From contig OZ244922.1 of assembly GCA_965221905.1 (NCBI GenBank), positions 1,472,001 through 1,536,000 of the forward strand: a stretch of 64,000 bases of DNA, written 5' to 3'. The stretch is from Chloroflexota bacterium (GTDB lineage Bacteria > Chloroflexota > UBA11872 > VXOZ01). This document shows positions 16,600-27,367 of the stretch, piece after piece (position 1 is the stretch's first letter; each line of letters opens with the position of its first letter). The notes under the pieces are model-generated. The model searched no databases. It was not told where the DNA came from and saw nothing but the letters and a program-made list of their open reading frames with translations. A program made the translations under genes and the position numbers.

Positions 16600-19385
16600 C
16601 CCTGCTCATCCCCAAACTTGATTGCCTCGTGAATGCGCATTCGTGTGAGCATGGAAATGATCACAGGCACGGCGATGGCAAGTATTACAGCCAAGATGAG
16701 GTAAATCTTGGCAATGTCACTCCAGGCGGTTACCACGACGAATGAAGGGATGTTGGCATGTTCGCCGGTCTTAATCTGAAGGAATGGTATGAATACCCGT
16801 CCTGCAATCACGCCAAATGTCGTGCCGATTGCAACTCCCATGACTATAAGGAAGCCTTGTTCGAAAATATAGAGACTAATCAACTGTCGAATAGAGAGCC
16901 CCATGGCGCGCAGGATGCCGAAGTCCTGCATGCGACGTTGGAATGAGAGCAGCGAATAGGTGAGGAAGCCAAGGACTGTTAGGAGAATGGCGATCAAGAA
17001 ACCAACGGTCAGCATGCCGAAAACCCCGGTCCGCCGCGGGTCGTCACGTTGTGAAATCACTTTTTCGCGCGTATCTTGGGTGCGCACGACGATGAAATCT
17101 AGTTCTCGCAGCTTCTCTTCCATGGCTTCGATGTCGGCATTCGCATCGGTCTTGACCCATGCGTCATAGGGGCCGATACCGATATTGTCAAAGATATAGT
17201 CCAGGTTGGCAATAGCGAAGTAATCGGTGTCGGGAAACTGGGTGGGGAAGTAGTCTACCCAATCAACAATGACAAAGTCGAGCTGTTGCTGCCGCAAGTT
17301 GATGCGCACGCGGTCGCCCACCTTCAACTTATGGTCGATCATGAAGTTGGCGCTGGCAAGAATCGCATCCGGCTGAGCGGCAAGCTCATTCATCAACGTG
17401 ACGAGCGAACGGTGCGCAAAATCAGGACGCCAGTACATTACGTTTACGGCATCCCACGGATCGAGAGCGACGATCTGGATTTCCGGTGTGGCGCGGTCGG
17501 GCAAAATAGCGTTGCCTTTGCTGTCCCAATAACGGGCGGCGGCTGTGATCTCTTCAAGCAGCAGGTGGTCGGAGAACGGCGGGATGTACCATTGCTCCAG
17601 TTCCTCATCGTAGTCGCCGGACTCGTAGAATGCCATGTCGGCGCCGATGCGATAGTAGACGGAGTCTGAATGGTTGCGCGTGAGAGTGGCAGCCACGGAT
17701 GCACTAAAGGTACCAATAGCCAACGTCAGTACGAGAAGCAAGAGCAAGCTGTTGTACTGGCCCGCAGAGCGAGAGATGTGGCGGAGGCCCAGGAGGATCG
17801 ACACCCCCCAGAAGCGGTTACCGATACGCGTAACCAACTCGACGATGTAGGGGAAGAGCCTTACGAATAGCAAAGCCATGCCGAACATGAAGACGGAGGG
17901 CACAACGAGTAGCAGCGGATTGGAGAAGACGTTGCCCTCTTCTCCTAGTACGATGACCTGTCGTTGGTCTTGCAGCAAGCGATAGCCATAGAATGACAAC
18001 CCCAGGAGGAGAATGTCGAGGAAAAAGCGCTGCCACCAAGGACGCCTAAGCTTTCGTGAGGCTTCCTGTTTGAAAGTGACGATGCTGTGTCTGGCCGCGG
18101 CGGCAGCAGGCATCAAGGCAGCGCCAATGGAGAGCGCAATTGCGGCAAGGGCATAGTTAAACGTGTTTGTCGTAATTGTAATTGGCAGCGGGTCGCGGCC
18201 GATAAACGTTAGAAACGTGTACGTGCGCGCGATGAGCTGGGCCAAGTAGACTCCCAGCACAGGTCCAACCACGAGTGCCAAGATGCCAATCATGCCGCCT
18301 TCCAGCAGGTAGATGCCGATGATCTGCCAGGTGCTCGCCCCCCGGCTCTTGAGTACCGCGATTTCGTTACGCTGGCGGTCAACAACCATCGAAGAGGCAA
18401 TGCCAATGTAATAGAGCACAATGCCAATGACGGGAGCCGAAAGAATGAAGAGCAATATCTTGAGGAAGAAGAGGTCCCGCAAGTACCGCAGCAGGATATC
18501 CTCGGGAGAGATGTCGATCTTTACCTTGCCCAATATGGTGCCCAGAGTGGAACGAATCTCACTAATCCCCGTTATGATGTACCTGGCGTTGTTCGCATTA
18601 ATCGCATCGACGTCAAAGACCGAAAACCAGGTGTATTCATAGCCGATCTCTTCATAATCGGACAGGACTACATCAATGAAAGTCTCATCGGGCACTATGA
18701 GGCCCTCTTTGAAGTATTGAGGGTGATAGAACCAGTAAATCTCGTTGGGATCGTTTGGGAACCAACGGCCAACGACCTTCACTTCGATTGGTTCCGGCTC
18801 GCCTCCCGGTCTTTGGAAGCGGACGAATAGATGGTCGCCGACTTCAGCCCCTATTGCATCCAGCTTTTCAGTCATTACCACGGCTTCGATGAAGGGATCG
18901 CCGGACTTTGCCGGATTGGCGTAGCGTCCCTCCAATATGCGGACGTGTTTATCGAAGTCCGTGGCGAACGCGATAAACCCCCAGTCGGCGAATTGGCGCG
19001 ATGAAAAGCTGACCTCATCACCACTGGTAAGTATGGCCATGTGTTCGGTCTGGCCGTAGCGGGTTGAGAGGAGTAATGGGATGCCCATCTCGGTTGGCGC
19101 CGTCACCCGCATGTACTCGTCTGCTTGTTGGTACTGCAGGAGTGAGATGTTGGTCTCGTTCTTCTGCTCGAACTTGCGGATCAGAAGACTGGCTCTTGGT
19201 TGCGCCTGTCGCGATTCCGTATCGCGCAGCGCGCGGTGCAAGAGCATCTCGCTCATGCCTTCAGAGTAAAGCGGGACGCTAGAGACAAGGGTGACCGTAA
19301 CCACCAAGCCGAGGATGGTGGAGAAGACTATATTGATGTTGTTGAGCAGACGCTTGGTAACTAAGACCAGAATTGAATAGGTCAT
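16596..19385 (-). CDS. FtsX/MacB-type ABC transporter permease (two FtsX repeats)
   Basis: RNEIAVLKSRGAS and RRMQDFGILRAMG motifs, multiple TM segments, two large extracytoplasmic domains. Confidence 0.92.
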   Translation of the reverse strand: MTYSILVLVTKRLLNNINIVFSTILGLVVTVTLVSSVPLYSEGMSEMLLHRALRDTESRQAQPRASLLIRKFEQKNETNISLLQYQQADEYMRVTAPTEMGIPLLLSTRYGQTEHMAILTSGDEVSFSSRQFADWGFIAFATDFDKHVRILEGRYANPAKSGDPFIEAVVMTEKLDAIGAEVGDHLFVRFQRPGGEPEPIEVKVVGRWFPNDPNEIYWFYHPQYFKEGLIVPDETFIDVVLSDYEEIGYEYTWFSVFDVDAINANNARYIITGISEIRSTLGTILGKVKIDISPEDILLRYLRDLFFLKILLFILSAPVIGIVLYYIGIASSMVVDRQRNEIAVLKSRGASTWQIIGIYLLEGGMIGILALVVGPVLGVYLAQLIARTYTFLTFIGRDPLPITITTNTFNYALAAIALSIGAALMPAAAAARHSIVTFKQEASRKLRRPWWQRFFLDILLLGLSFYGYRLLQDQRQVIVLGEEGNVFSNPLLLVVPSVFMFGMALLFVRLFPYIVELVTRIGNRFWGVSILLGLRHISRSAGQYNSLLLLLVLTLAIGTFSASVAATLTRNHSDSVYYRIGADMAFYESGDYDEELEQWYIPPFSDHLLLEEITAAARYWDSKGNAILPDRATPEIQIVALDPWDAVNVMYWRPDFAHRSLVTLMNELAAQPDAILASANFMIDHKLKVGDRVRINLRQQQLDFVIVDWVDYFPTQFPDTDYFAIANLDYIFDNIGIGPYDAWVKTDANADIEAMEEKLRELDFIVVRTQDTREKVISQRDDPRRTGVFGMLTVGFLIAILLTVLGFLTYSLLSFQRRMQDFGILRAMGLSIRQLISLYIFEQGFLIVMGVAIGTTFGVIAGRVFIPFLQIKTGEHANIPSFVVVTAWSDIAKIYLILAVILAIAVPVIISMLTRMRIHEAIKFGDEQG

Positions 19386-20296
19386 TGGGTAGTGCTTTGT
19401 TCTTCACCTTCTGCCAAGATGCCGGGCGGCAAGATGTCGATCTTAACCTCGCCGATTATTGCGGCCAGATTTGTGCGGATCTGGCTGACGCCCGCGTTGA
19501 CAGCATCAATGTTGCTCGGCTCTACGTCGAAGACCGAGAACCAGGTGTATTCATAACCAATATTCTCCCAGCCTGGAAGGATCACGTCGATGTACGTTGC
19601 CTCAGGTACCAAGAGTCCCTCGTTGAAATAGGGCGGATTGTAGAACCAGAACACTTCATTGGGGTCACTCGGGGACCAGCGTCCAACGATCTTTACCTCA
19701 ATTGGTTCCGGGTCTCCACCGGGCGGTCGATAGACCAGTATTAGGTGGTCGCCGACGTTTGCGCCGATTGCATCCAGTTTCTCGGTCATCATCACGGCTT
19801 CGATGAAGGGATCGCCGGACTCTGCCGGTTTGGCGTGGCGTCCTTCTAGAATTTGAACGTGCTCATCGAACTCACCGATAAATGCGATGAAGCCCCAAGC
19901 GGCGAATTGGCGTGATGACAGACTGGTGTCATCGCCCTTTGTGAGTATCGGCATGTACTCCGTTTGGGCATAGCGGGTGGACAGGAGAGGGGAAAGTCCC
20001 ATCTCAGCGGGCGCTGTACCCCGCAGGTAGTCGTCTGCCAATCTGTACTGCGGGAGTGAAATGCCTTTTTCATTCTTCTGCTCGAACTTGCGAATGAGCA
20101 GGCTTGCCTGAGTGGATGGCTGCTCGGATTCTACACCTTCTGTGGAACTACCAGGCAATCCGCCAAACTGCCCAGTATAGGGAGACCCGCAGGATACAAG
20201 AGATGCCATTACGACCAACCCAAGAATGCTCGTAAAGACGACACTGGCGCTCTGACGCAGGCGCCGGGTGACGAGATGCAGAGTGGAGTAGGTCAT
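19382..20296 (-). CDS. Putative lipoprotein; stand-alone paralogue of the adjacent permease's first extracytoplasmic domain
   Basis: Colinear with about residues 1-300 of the permease. Lipobox-like LVSC-G replaces LVSS-V; no further TM helices. Confidence 0.8.
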   Translation of the reverse strand: MTYSTLHLVTRRLRQSASVVFTSILGLVVMASLVSCGSPYTGQFGGLPGSSTEGVESEQPSTQASLLIRKFEQKNEKGISLPQYRLADDYLRGTAPAEMGLSPLLSTRYAQTEYMPILTKGDDTSLSSRQFAAWGFIAFIGEFDEHVQILEGRHAKPAESGDPFIEAVMMTEKLDAIGANVGDHLILVYRPPGGDPEPIEVKIVGRWSPSDPNEVFWFYNPPYFNEGLLVPEATYIDVILPGWENIGYEYTWFSVFDVEPSNIDAVNAGVSQIRTNLAAIIGEVKIDILPPGILAEGEEQSTTQ

Positions 20297-20462
20297 GAGG
20301 TCGCTCTCTTTTTCCATGCTTCTCGTGGTTCGCCGCGAGTACCGCTTTTATCCGCGACTCATTGCGAACGGCTATGCGATTAGGAACCTACTACAGTTGT
20401 CTCTCGCAGCCGGCTTCTGTGAAGAGTGCTGCGCGCCCATTCTACAAAGGCCGTGCTTTTCA

Positions 20463-22514
20463 TCACTGGCCTTGTAGGATCACGAATCCCTCTTCCAAAC
20501 CGCTTAGGATTTCTACTTCGGTCTCGGTTTGGATCCCTATCTCTACGTTCTTGGCCCGTTTGATGTCGCCATCCATGAATTCAACGAACGTGCGTCTGCC
20601 GGAGCGTTTTACGGATTCGATAGGCACTTTGAGCACATTTTCCTTGTGCTGCACGGTGATGGTAACCCGCGCGAGCATGCCGATCTCTGCACCCGCTTTC
20701 GGCCAAACAACTTCTATCCGGATTGAGCGGTCTTGGATTACACCCTGAGTGGTGACGAGCGAGGTAGGCAGTTTCTTGATTATGCCCGTGAGCTCCTCAG
20801 ATGAGAATGCGTCAAGGGTCAGGTCCGCCACTTGCTCCAGTGCCAGTTTGGGAACATCATCTTCTGAAATATCGGCGGTGATGATGAGGTTTGTCGGGTC
20901 TGCGAGCCCAATAATAGGCCCGTATGCGCTCACACTCTCTCCCGCCTTGCCCTTGATGAACTGAATGACACCGTCAAATGGCGCCACAAGACGCGCATCG
21001 TCTAGCTGTTCGAGGAGCAACTCGTGGTTCGCCCGGTTGCGCTTGAGGTCATTTTGCAGCTTCGCGACATTGCCGGCGTCCGCGGCATTGATCAGTACCT
21101 GCTCCAGACTTGCTCTGGCCTTCTGCAGAGTTGCTTCCTTGTTCGCTAAGTTCAACTCGGCATCACGCACTTTCTCGGAGTCGACACCGGATTGAACAAT
21201 ATCCCAGGCCTCTTTGGCGACTTCTAGATCAGCCCTGGCCTTACCCACTGCAGCATCAGCCGCATTGCGATTCAATTCAGCCGTCGTCAAGTCTTTGGCA
21301 AGTGCATCCCCAACCTCCTGCAGCGCTTGCCGTGCCTTGTCCAACTCAAATTGCGCCATATCAAGAGTCGCCTGGGCCTCGGGCAATGGATTTGCCGACT
21401 CACCCTTGGCCAAGTCGTGCGCGAGCCGTGCTTTTTGAAGGTCGATCCACTTCTTTGCCATTTCCGTATTCGGCAATGGCGCAGTCACAGTAACTTTGGT
21501 GTCGCTTACTTGCCCATCCTGTATCGCATAGCAATTACTAGAACCTACGATTTGACACTCGCGGATGTTTGTTTCCCACTTAACTTCCTGCGCGACCTGT
21601 TTAAATCTCTTCTTTTCAGCGTCATCGTCTGGCTTTTCGTCCAATCGCTTTTGAGCATTTTTGAGCCTATTATCCTGGTCCCGGATTTCCCCGAGCAGCT
21701 TATCGAGTTCCGAATCCACCGCTCGCTGGGCAACGTTAAGCTGCCCTTCTGCATTCAAGACACTCGTGTCATCGCCGCCGGACTGCAGTCGACTAACGCG
21801 CGCCTGCGCGGCATTGAAAGCTTGGTCGGCGTTGCTGAACGCGAGTTCACGCTCTATCTTCAAGTCTACGGGCGCTCCCGCATGATAGGCATCGATGTCC
21901 TGTTGCGCCTTTGCATAGGCCTCTTGCGCTAGCAGCAGGGCGTTCTCAGCGGCGGCAAGGTCCGCAGCGGCCTTTGTGTAAGCAGTTTGTGCCTGCGCGT
22001 ACTCTGAGGAGGTAGGCCCGCCTTGGGCTTCCGCAAAGGCTTCACGCGCTTTTTCGATGTCGCGCTCGGCCTGTTCGACCGCGAGTTTCGCGATAGTGAC
22101 GTCTGCTTCGCCGGATGCGGCTTGGGTCCGCGCTTTCGTTAAAGTGCGCTCCAAGTCCTGCAAGGATAGTTCAGAATTCTGAATTGCCGTCTCCAGGTTT
22201 CCGGTCTCCAAATCAGCGAGCAGCGTGCCTTGAACCACGGCTTGGTTGTACTGAACATAAACGCCCTTCAAGCGGCCGTTTTGTTTGAAGAAGAGGCTCT
22301 CCTCGTTCTCTGCCACCACGCGGCCGAGGACACGCACCGCATCGATGATCGAGCCGCGAACTACTTTGACGGTGGGGCGGTCGACACTTCTTACAGGGCG
22401 CCTTACTATCTCTTCCGGCTCATCGTCACCTGAAATAAAGGGCAAGGACGGTACGCACGCTGTGAACAGCAATACGCCGCTCAACAGGATTGCAATGGCA
22501 GATCGTATATTCAC
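20463..22514 (-). CDS. Periplasmic-adaptor (MFP/HlyD/MacA-like) lipoprotein with a very long coiled coil
   Basis: Lipobox FTAC, lipoyl halves (G..K.VYV / APFDGVI), C-terminal VEIG...VEILSGLEEG. Confidence 0.85.
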   Translation of the reverse strand: MNIRSAIAILLSGVLLFTACVPSLPFISGDDEPEEIVRRPVRSVDRPTVKVVRGSIIDAVRVLGRVVAENEESLFFKQNGRLKGVYVQYNQAVVQGTLLADLETGNLETAIQNSELSLQDLERTLTKARTQAASGEADVTIAKLAVEQAERDIEKAREAFAEAQGGPTSSEYAQAQTAYTKAAADLAAAENALLLAQEAYAKAQQDIDAYHAGAPVDLKIERELAFSNADQAFNAAQARVSRLQSGGDDTSVLNAEGQLNVAQRAVDSELDKLLGEIRDQDNRLKNAQKRLDEKPDDDAEKKRFKQVAQEVKWETNIRECQIVGSSNCYAIQDGQVSDTKVTVTAPLPNTEMAKKWIDLQKARLAHDLAKGESANPLPEAQATLDMAQFELDKARQALQEVGDALAKDLTTAELNRNAADAAVGKARADLEVAKEAWDIVQSGVDSEKVRDAELNLANKEATLQKARASLEQVLINAADAGNVAKLQNDLKRNRANHELLLEQLDDARLVAPFDGVIQFIKGKAGESVSAYGPIIGLADPTNLIITADISEDDVPKLALEQVADLTLDAFSSEELTGIIKKLPTSLVTTQGVIQDRSIRIEVVWPKAGAEIGMLARVTITVQHKENVLKVPIESVKRSGRRTFVEFMDGDIKRAKNVEIGIQTETEVEILSGLEEGFVILQGQ

Positions 22515-23003
22515 GCGGCTCTTACCTCATCAAATTGCAGGACCTAATGTTCTAAGGAAGCTGAATGCCAAACACTGCTAGACTCGAATTAGCTCGGCTG
22601 GCTGCTGCACGCATAATTGCAGTGTACTCATATCCCATGCATGCTGTCTATCGCCCGACAAGCTGTCAAGGGAAATCTTATAGGATTCTTAGACATCTGC
22701 AGAATTTGTGAGCGACTGCGGACACCGAGCGACTTCGGGCACCAAAGTTGAAATCGTCTTGCGGTGCGCTTGGTGTGCGAACGCCAAGCGGCGTCAGGGA
22801 GTGCTGCGATTCGAGATTTATCCAATGTACCTAAAATGTTCCTAAGTGGTATAGTTTCTTTGTCAGTTGTCCCTTGCAAGGCAAAGGTGATATCCTCTTT
22901 CGGGTGTCCCAGGCAGCTTTTGGGGGCGCTGTTATAATGTGTTGTGAACAGGCGCTATGATGAAACTAGTGGACGCACCTACTCTTAGTTGGAGGTACTG
23001 GCG

Positions 23004-23279
23004 ATGACTCAGAGCGATCTAATCAAGGACATTGCGTCTCGGACGGGTACAACGCAGAAAGCCGCTAAGGAATTCATAGACGCATTTGTTGAGTCTGTCC
23101 AGGACTCGCTGAAGCGCGGTGAGAGTGTTGCACTGCCTGGTTTCGGCACGTTTCGTGTGGCACAGCGCGCGGCCCGGTCTGGGCGCAATCCACGGACGGG
23201 GGAGCCCCTTGAGGTTGCAGCTCGCAAGGCGCCTGTGTTCTCGGCGGGAACTGCCTTGCGCAAGTCTGTCGGCAGTTAG
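23004..23279 (+). CDS. hup: DNA-binding protein HU
   Basis: GFGTF..RAARxGRNPxTGE; RBS GGAGG; extended -10 TGtTATAAT at 22930-22938. Confidence 0.95.
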   Translation: MTQSDLIKDIASRTGTTQKAAKEFIDAFVESVQDSLKRGESVALPGFGTFRVAQRAARSGRNPRTGEPLEVAARKAPVFSAGTALRKSVGS

Positions 23280-23309
23280 GGAATCCCGCCTCTCTCGTTT
23301 GTTGCTCAC

Positions 23310-24326
23310 GTGAAGAAAAACCTGTCAGCGCGGTCATTAGCACTATTGACCGCGCTGTTTGCGTTACTGCTGGCATGTGGCCCAATCCAGCAATCGGCTC
23401 TTCAAGGGCCGGTTCGCTTGGTGGTTCTTCCGGATGACGGCACGGAAGTGATCCTTTCATTGTTGCGTCGTGCCGATTTCTCCATAGACGTCATGGTCTA
23501 CCTTCTCTCCAGTAGGGAGATAGCAGAGGAATTGGCGGCGGCGCAGCAGCGCGGAGTACGAGTGCGGGTCCTACTTGAAGAAAACCCAGTTGGCGGCGGC
23601 GAAAGTAACCGTATTTCCCGCGAGAGTCTATCCGCCGCCGGTGTGGCAGTGCGTTGGACAGACCCAAGTTTCCGCTTTACGCATGCCAAAGTAATCCTTA
23701 TGGACGGTGTACAAGCAGCCATTATGACTCTGAACCTCACAGCTAGTTCGTTTCGTAACAATCGTGAGTTTGCCGTGCTAGTGGAAGACTCTTCCCTCGT
23801 TCTCTCTCTGGCTCAGCTCTTTCAAAGTGATTGGGATCGCGTGCCGTCTCCCGCAATCGACCTCCCACTTGTCATCAGCCCGATAAACTCTCGCAGTACC
23901 TTGCTCGACTTAATTCAGACTGCACACCATAGCCTTGAAGTCTACGTGCTCTCCTTGGAAGACGACCCTATTGCAACCGCGCTCGCGGCAGCGGCTAAGC
24001 GGGGAGTGCGCGTCCGGCTGGTAACGAATCCACCCTCCGGCCAAGACCCCTATGCGGACGAACGCGCTCTCTTGCGCGCCGAGGGCGGCATCGTGGGTTT
24101 TCTCCATCATCCGAACGTTCATGCCAAGACGGTTGTTGCGGACGGTCAGCGCGCATTTGTGGGCAGCCAAAATCTCACAGCCACATCCCTGGACCGAAAC
24201 CGCGAGGTGGGAATCCTCATTGATGATCCCGCAGCAATTCGGCGCTTACAACAGGTATTTGAAGCCGACTGGTCTCAAGCTACGCTGGAAGGATCCCCAG
24301 TGCATCTTCTCGCACCTGCCGCGTAG
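23310..24326 (+). CDS. Phospholipase D superfamily lipoprotein
   Basis: Two HxKxxxxD motifs (HAKVILMD, HAKTVVAD) with NRE; lipobox LLAC. Confidence 0.85.
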   Translation: MKKNLSARSLALLTALFALLLACGPIQQSALQGPVRLVVLPDDGTEVILSLLRRADFSIDVMVYLLSSREIAEELAAAQQRGVRVRVLLEENPVGGGESNRISRESLSAAGVAVRWTDPSFRFTHAKVILMDGVQAAIMTLNLTASSFRNNREFAVLVEDSSLVLSLAQLFQSDWDRVPSPAIDLPLVISPINSRSTLLDLIQTAHHSLEVYVLSLEDDPIATALAAAAKRGVRVRLVTNPPSGQDPYADERALLRAEGGIVGFLHHPNVHAKTVVADGQRAFVGSQNLTATSLDRNREVGILIDDPAAIRRLQQVFEADWSQATLEGSPVHLLAPAA

Positions 24327-24457
24327 AGGGAACTACAGCCCTTTCTTGCAAATGTGGTCTCGCAAGTTAGACTTTTCGGCAATTTCGGTGAGATGCAATC
24401 GCCGACCCTTGCTCTATCCAAGACCCTCCTATATCCAAGGATATCCTTTTTCCTTGA

Positions 24458-27073
24458 CTATCGGATAACGACCACTGGAAACTTTAGGACGTTATCGCCA
24501 TGGTGGAAGAACCAGGTAATGCTTTCCTGAACAGGGCCGATCCAGACCTCGTATTCACCGGGTGGCAGCGGATCGCCAGTTTGTGTGAAGGGAGCGAGGA
24601 TGGCGGTGAGGCTAAGAGCATCGCCCGGTGCAAGTGCATAGGGGAGCGCTGCCCTTCCTTCAGCGACCCGTGAGGCTAAGTCACGGTCTGCAGCGTGCAT
24701 GGGAAACCAAAGAATGCCGAGTTGCACCGCGCCCGGGGCATTCCCAATTTCGCACGGAGTGGGCCAGGGTCGATCGCCGGCATTTGTGACGGAGAGACGA
24801 AGGGTACCCATGGTGCCGCGCATGAGCGTCTTGGGATAGTGAGGGGAGATGAGCGTGAGGCGGGAGCGATACCCACTTGGGGTTAACGGATCGGTGGAAT
24901 ACGTGCCATGGAAAACCCCTGGGACATGGTCGAGCAAAGTTATGCCGCGCAGCAATAGGAGTTCACGCGACGGCCGAGAGAGCCGAATAAAGACATCCTC
25001 AGTACTTTTGGTGGGTAGCGGGAAGAACTGGCACCAGTTGCCCGGCGGGATGGTATCGGCAAAGAGGATTTCGCCGTTGACATCTATTTGGAGCGGTTTC
25101 TCTTCATCCGCCGGGTTGATGATGTTTAGGAGCAGTGCCTCAGAGGAGTGCTTTCCTGTGGGTACGCGGATAGTGGCATCTGTGTCGAACCAGATCGGCA
25201 GGGACACCTCATTAGTGGCTGTCAGATGGTAGAAGCTACGATGTGCGAGACCCCATACTGGTTGTGCCGGTATACCTGGAACCTCCTCAATGCCCCAGGC
25301 AGGGAGGGCATTGAGGTTGAGCGCGGTATTAGAGTAGTCCACGCGCGAGAGCAGGGCAGACTGAACAGGGCCGGGGAGTGTCCAGAGGGCTTGATCGGCG
25401 CCGATGAGAGGGACATGGGGTTCAGCCTGCCAGAAGTGGGCTTTCAAGGTATCGGCGTCTTTCCAGAAGCGGCTACTGATGACGATGAGAGCCGGCGGCA
25501 GTTCGCCCGCAGCGCCGTCAAAGGGGATAAACCGTGTGTGCGGCAGGAGGTATTCGTAAGTGAAGTAAGTCAACGGATGATAGTAAGTGGTGTCGTAGGC
25601 AATAGTGGGAGGGGAGCCGAGGTAGGCACGGATGTAGGAAGCGAGGGAAGAGGAGCGGGCGACACGCTCTTGGAGCGGGAGGATAGCGGAGAAGTAGCCG
25701 AAGGCGCTGGTAAGGAGGAAGAGACAGGCGATGGTGCTGACGGCCACGAAACGCCAGCGGCCACGGACGAAGGAAAAGAACACAAAGCCTACAGCAGCTA
25801 AAACGGAAGCAACAACCAGAGCGAGTGGCGTAGTACCGAACAGTGCGGCATATGGATAGATTCCGAGGGACTGAGGCGCAAAGATCACGGGCAGAAAAAT
25901 GAATAGGCTGTAGCTGGCAGCCACTGTGCTGATGCCAAGGAGCGCGGTGAGAACCGTTGCCAAGCGCCAAGACCGCAACTGCTGACCGCGCAGGACAGTA
26001 GTGAGACCGAGTGCAATGGGTAGCGCCGAGATGCCGTCAACATACCGACCCAGCATGAAGTGTGTATCTTGGGCGAACGCACCATTCCATGCGGCGCTAA
26101 CGACCGCTGTGCTAAGCCATGCCAAAAGGAAGAACATGAGTGTAGCAGCAGGCACATCATGAGCAAGGCTAGTCAGCCCCATGCCGCGGCGCTGCCAGAG
26201 TAAAAGGCAGATAGCCAGCGCGCCAATGGGTAAGAGACCGAAAGAGGACTGCACGGCATAAAGTGCCAATTCATTCGATTTCAGGAGGAAGTCATGCAGA
26301 CCTTGAAGAGAGAAGAAGTGCGCAATAATCGGAAGAATTGGGTTCTCCGGACTGTCTGTGCCGCCGGCCGTCCTCAAGTCGCTGATGGCAAGTCGCGTGC
26401 CGATCAGGATCAGGGCGGTAGCGCTGAGGGCTGCGCTCACCGCTCGCCACGGCAAAGCGCGGCATAGGCCAAGAGCGACGAGGTAAAGAGCAGCAACGGG
26501 AATGAGAGGCAATGAACGGGTGTGGACGGTGTACATGAAACCCAGGAGCACGCCGAACATAAGCGCGAGGCGCACTGACTTATGGCGCAAAAGAGCGCCA
26601 AAGAGCGCGATGAGAAGCATGAAGGCCGGAACGTAGGCATTGTCACCCCAAGCAAAATTAGCTCGAAGCAGCAGCGGTGCAAAGAGGCACGTAAGGAAAG
26701 AAGCGACCATGGCAAGGCGGCTGGAAATGCCGAGCAGGGAAGCCAGAACGTAGTAAAGGCTGAGATACACCGTGCTCATCAGGAAGGCACTGATCACGAG
26801 GCTAGCGGTGTAACTGGTGTAGGGGCTATCGAACAGCCAGAATGCGGGCACAAGGAATAGCGAGTAGCCAAAGTGAAAGAAGACGGCCCCGTGGAGCGTA
26901 GGCATGGGGGCAGTGCCGGAGAGGTAGCGGGCATTCGCTAGAAAGACCGCCTCATCCGCCATTATCAGCGGTTGCTCGCGGAAGAGTACTAGCCCGACTT
27001 GAGCTAGCAGAAGCAGCGCAAAGGGAACCGCGTGCCGGAATTTGCTCTTGTCATGAAAGACCCGCGCAATCAA
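24458..27073 (-). CDS. Large polytopic membrane protein, probable GT-C glycosyltransferase with a C-terminal Ig-like domain
   Basis: DE motif after TM1, about 12 hydrophobic segments, C-terminal beta-rich domain (VTNxGxxxW...PPGEY). Confidence 0.6.
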   Translation of the reverse strand: MIARVFHDKSKFRHAVPFALLLLAQVGLVLFREQPLIMADEAVFLANARYLSGTAPMPTLHGAVFFHFGYSLFLVPAFWLFDSPYTSYTASLVISAFLMSTVYLSLYYVLASLLGISSRLAMVASFLTCLFAPLLLRANFAWGDNAYVPAFMLLIALFGALLRHKSVRLALMFGVLLGFMYTVHTRSLPLIPVAALYLVALGLCRALPWRAVSAALSATALILIGTRLAISDLRTAGGTDSPENPILPIIAHFFSLQGLHDFLLKSNELALYAVQSSFGLLPIGALAICLLLWQRRGMGLTSLAHDVPAATLMFFLLAWLSTAVVSAAWNGAFAQDTHFMLGRYVDGISALPIALGLTTVLRGQQLRSWRLATVLTALLGISTVAASYSLFIFLPVIFAPQSLGIYPYAALFGTTPLALVVASVLAAVGFVFFSFVRGRWRFVAVSTIACLFLLTSAFGYFSAILPLQERVARSSSLASYIRAYLGSPPTIAYDTTYYHPLTYFTYEYLLPHTRFIPFDGAAGELPPALIVISSRFWKDADTLKAHFWQAEPHVPLIGADQALWTLPGPVQSALLSRVDYSNTALNLNALPAWGIEEVPGIPAQPVWGLAHRSFYHLTATNEVSLPIWFDTDATIRVPTGKHSSEALLLNIINPADEEKPLQIDVNGEILFADTIPPGNWCQFFPLPTKSTEDVFIRLSRPSRELLLLRGITLLDHVPGVFHGTYSTDPLTPSGYRSRLTLISPHYPKTLMRGTMGTLRLSVTNAGDRPWPTPCEIGNAPGAVQLGILWFPMHAADRDLASRVAEGRAALPYALAPGDALSLTAILAPFTQTGDPLPPGEYEVWIGPVQESITWFFHHGDNVLKFPVVVIR

Positions 27074-27367
27074 TGTTGCTGACCTCGTGCAGTTGCTGCC
27101 ACATTCCCTGTGTGCGTCGATGTGCTAAGAGCTGAGTTCTCTGCATGGTTAGTGCAACAAACTAGTGAGTGTGTTCTTGCAGGATGGCGCACAATCCTAA
27201 CTTAGAGTACCAATCGGGTAGAGGGTAGGTACAGTAACATGCAAGTGGAGTCCGCTGGTAGATATTGTAATCCCCCATGAAGATTCTACTTCGATCAGGC
27301 GCCATGCAAGCGCCCAATACGACTCTACATCCGCAAAATGGCGCATGACGAAGTATTGCCTCTTGCC

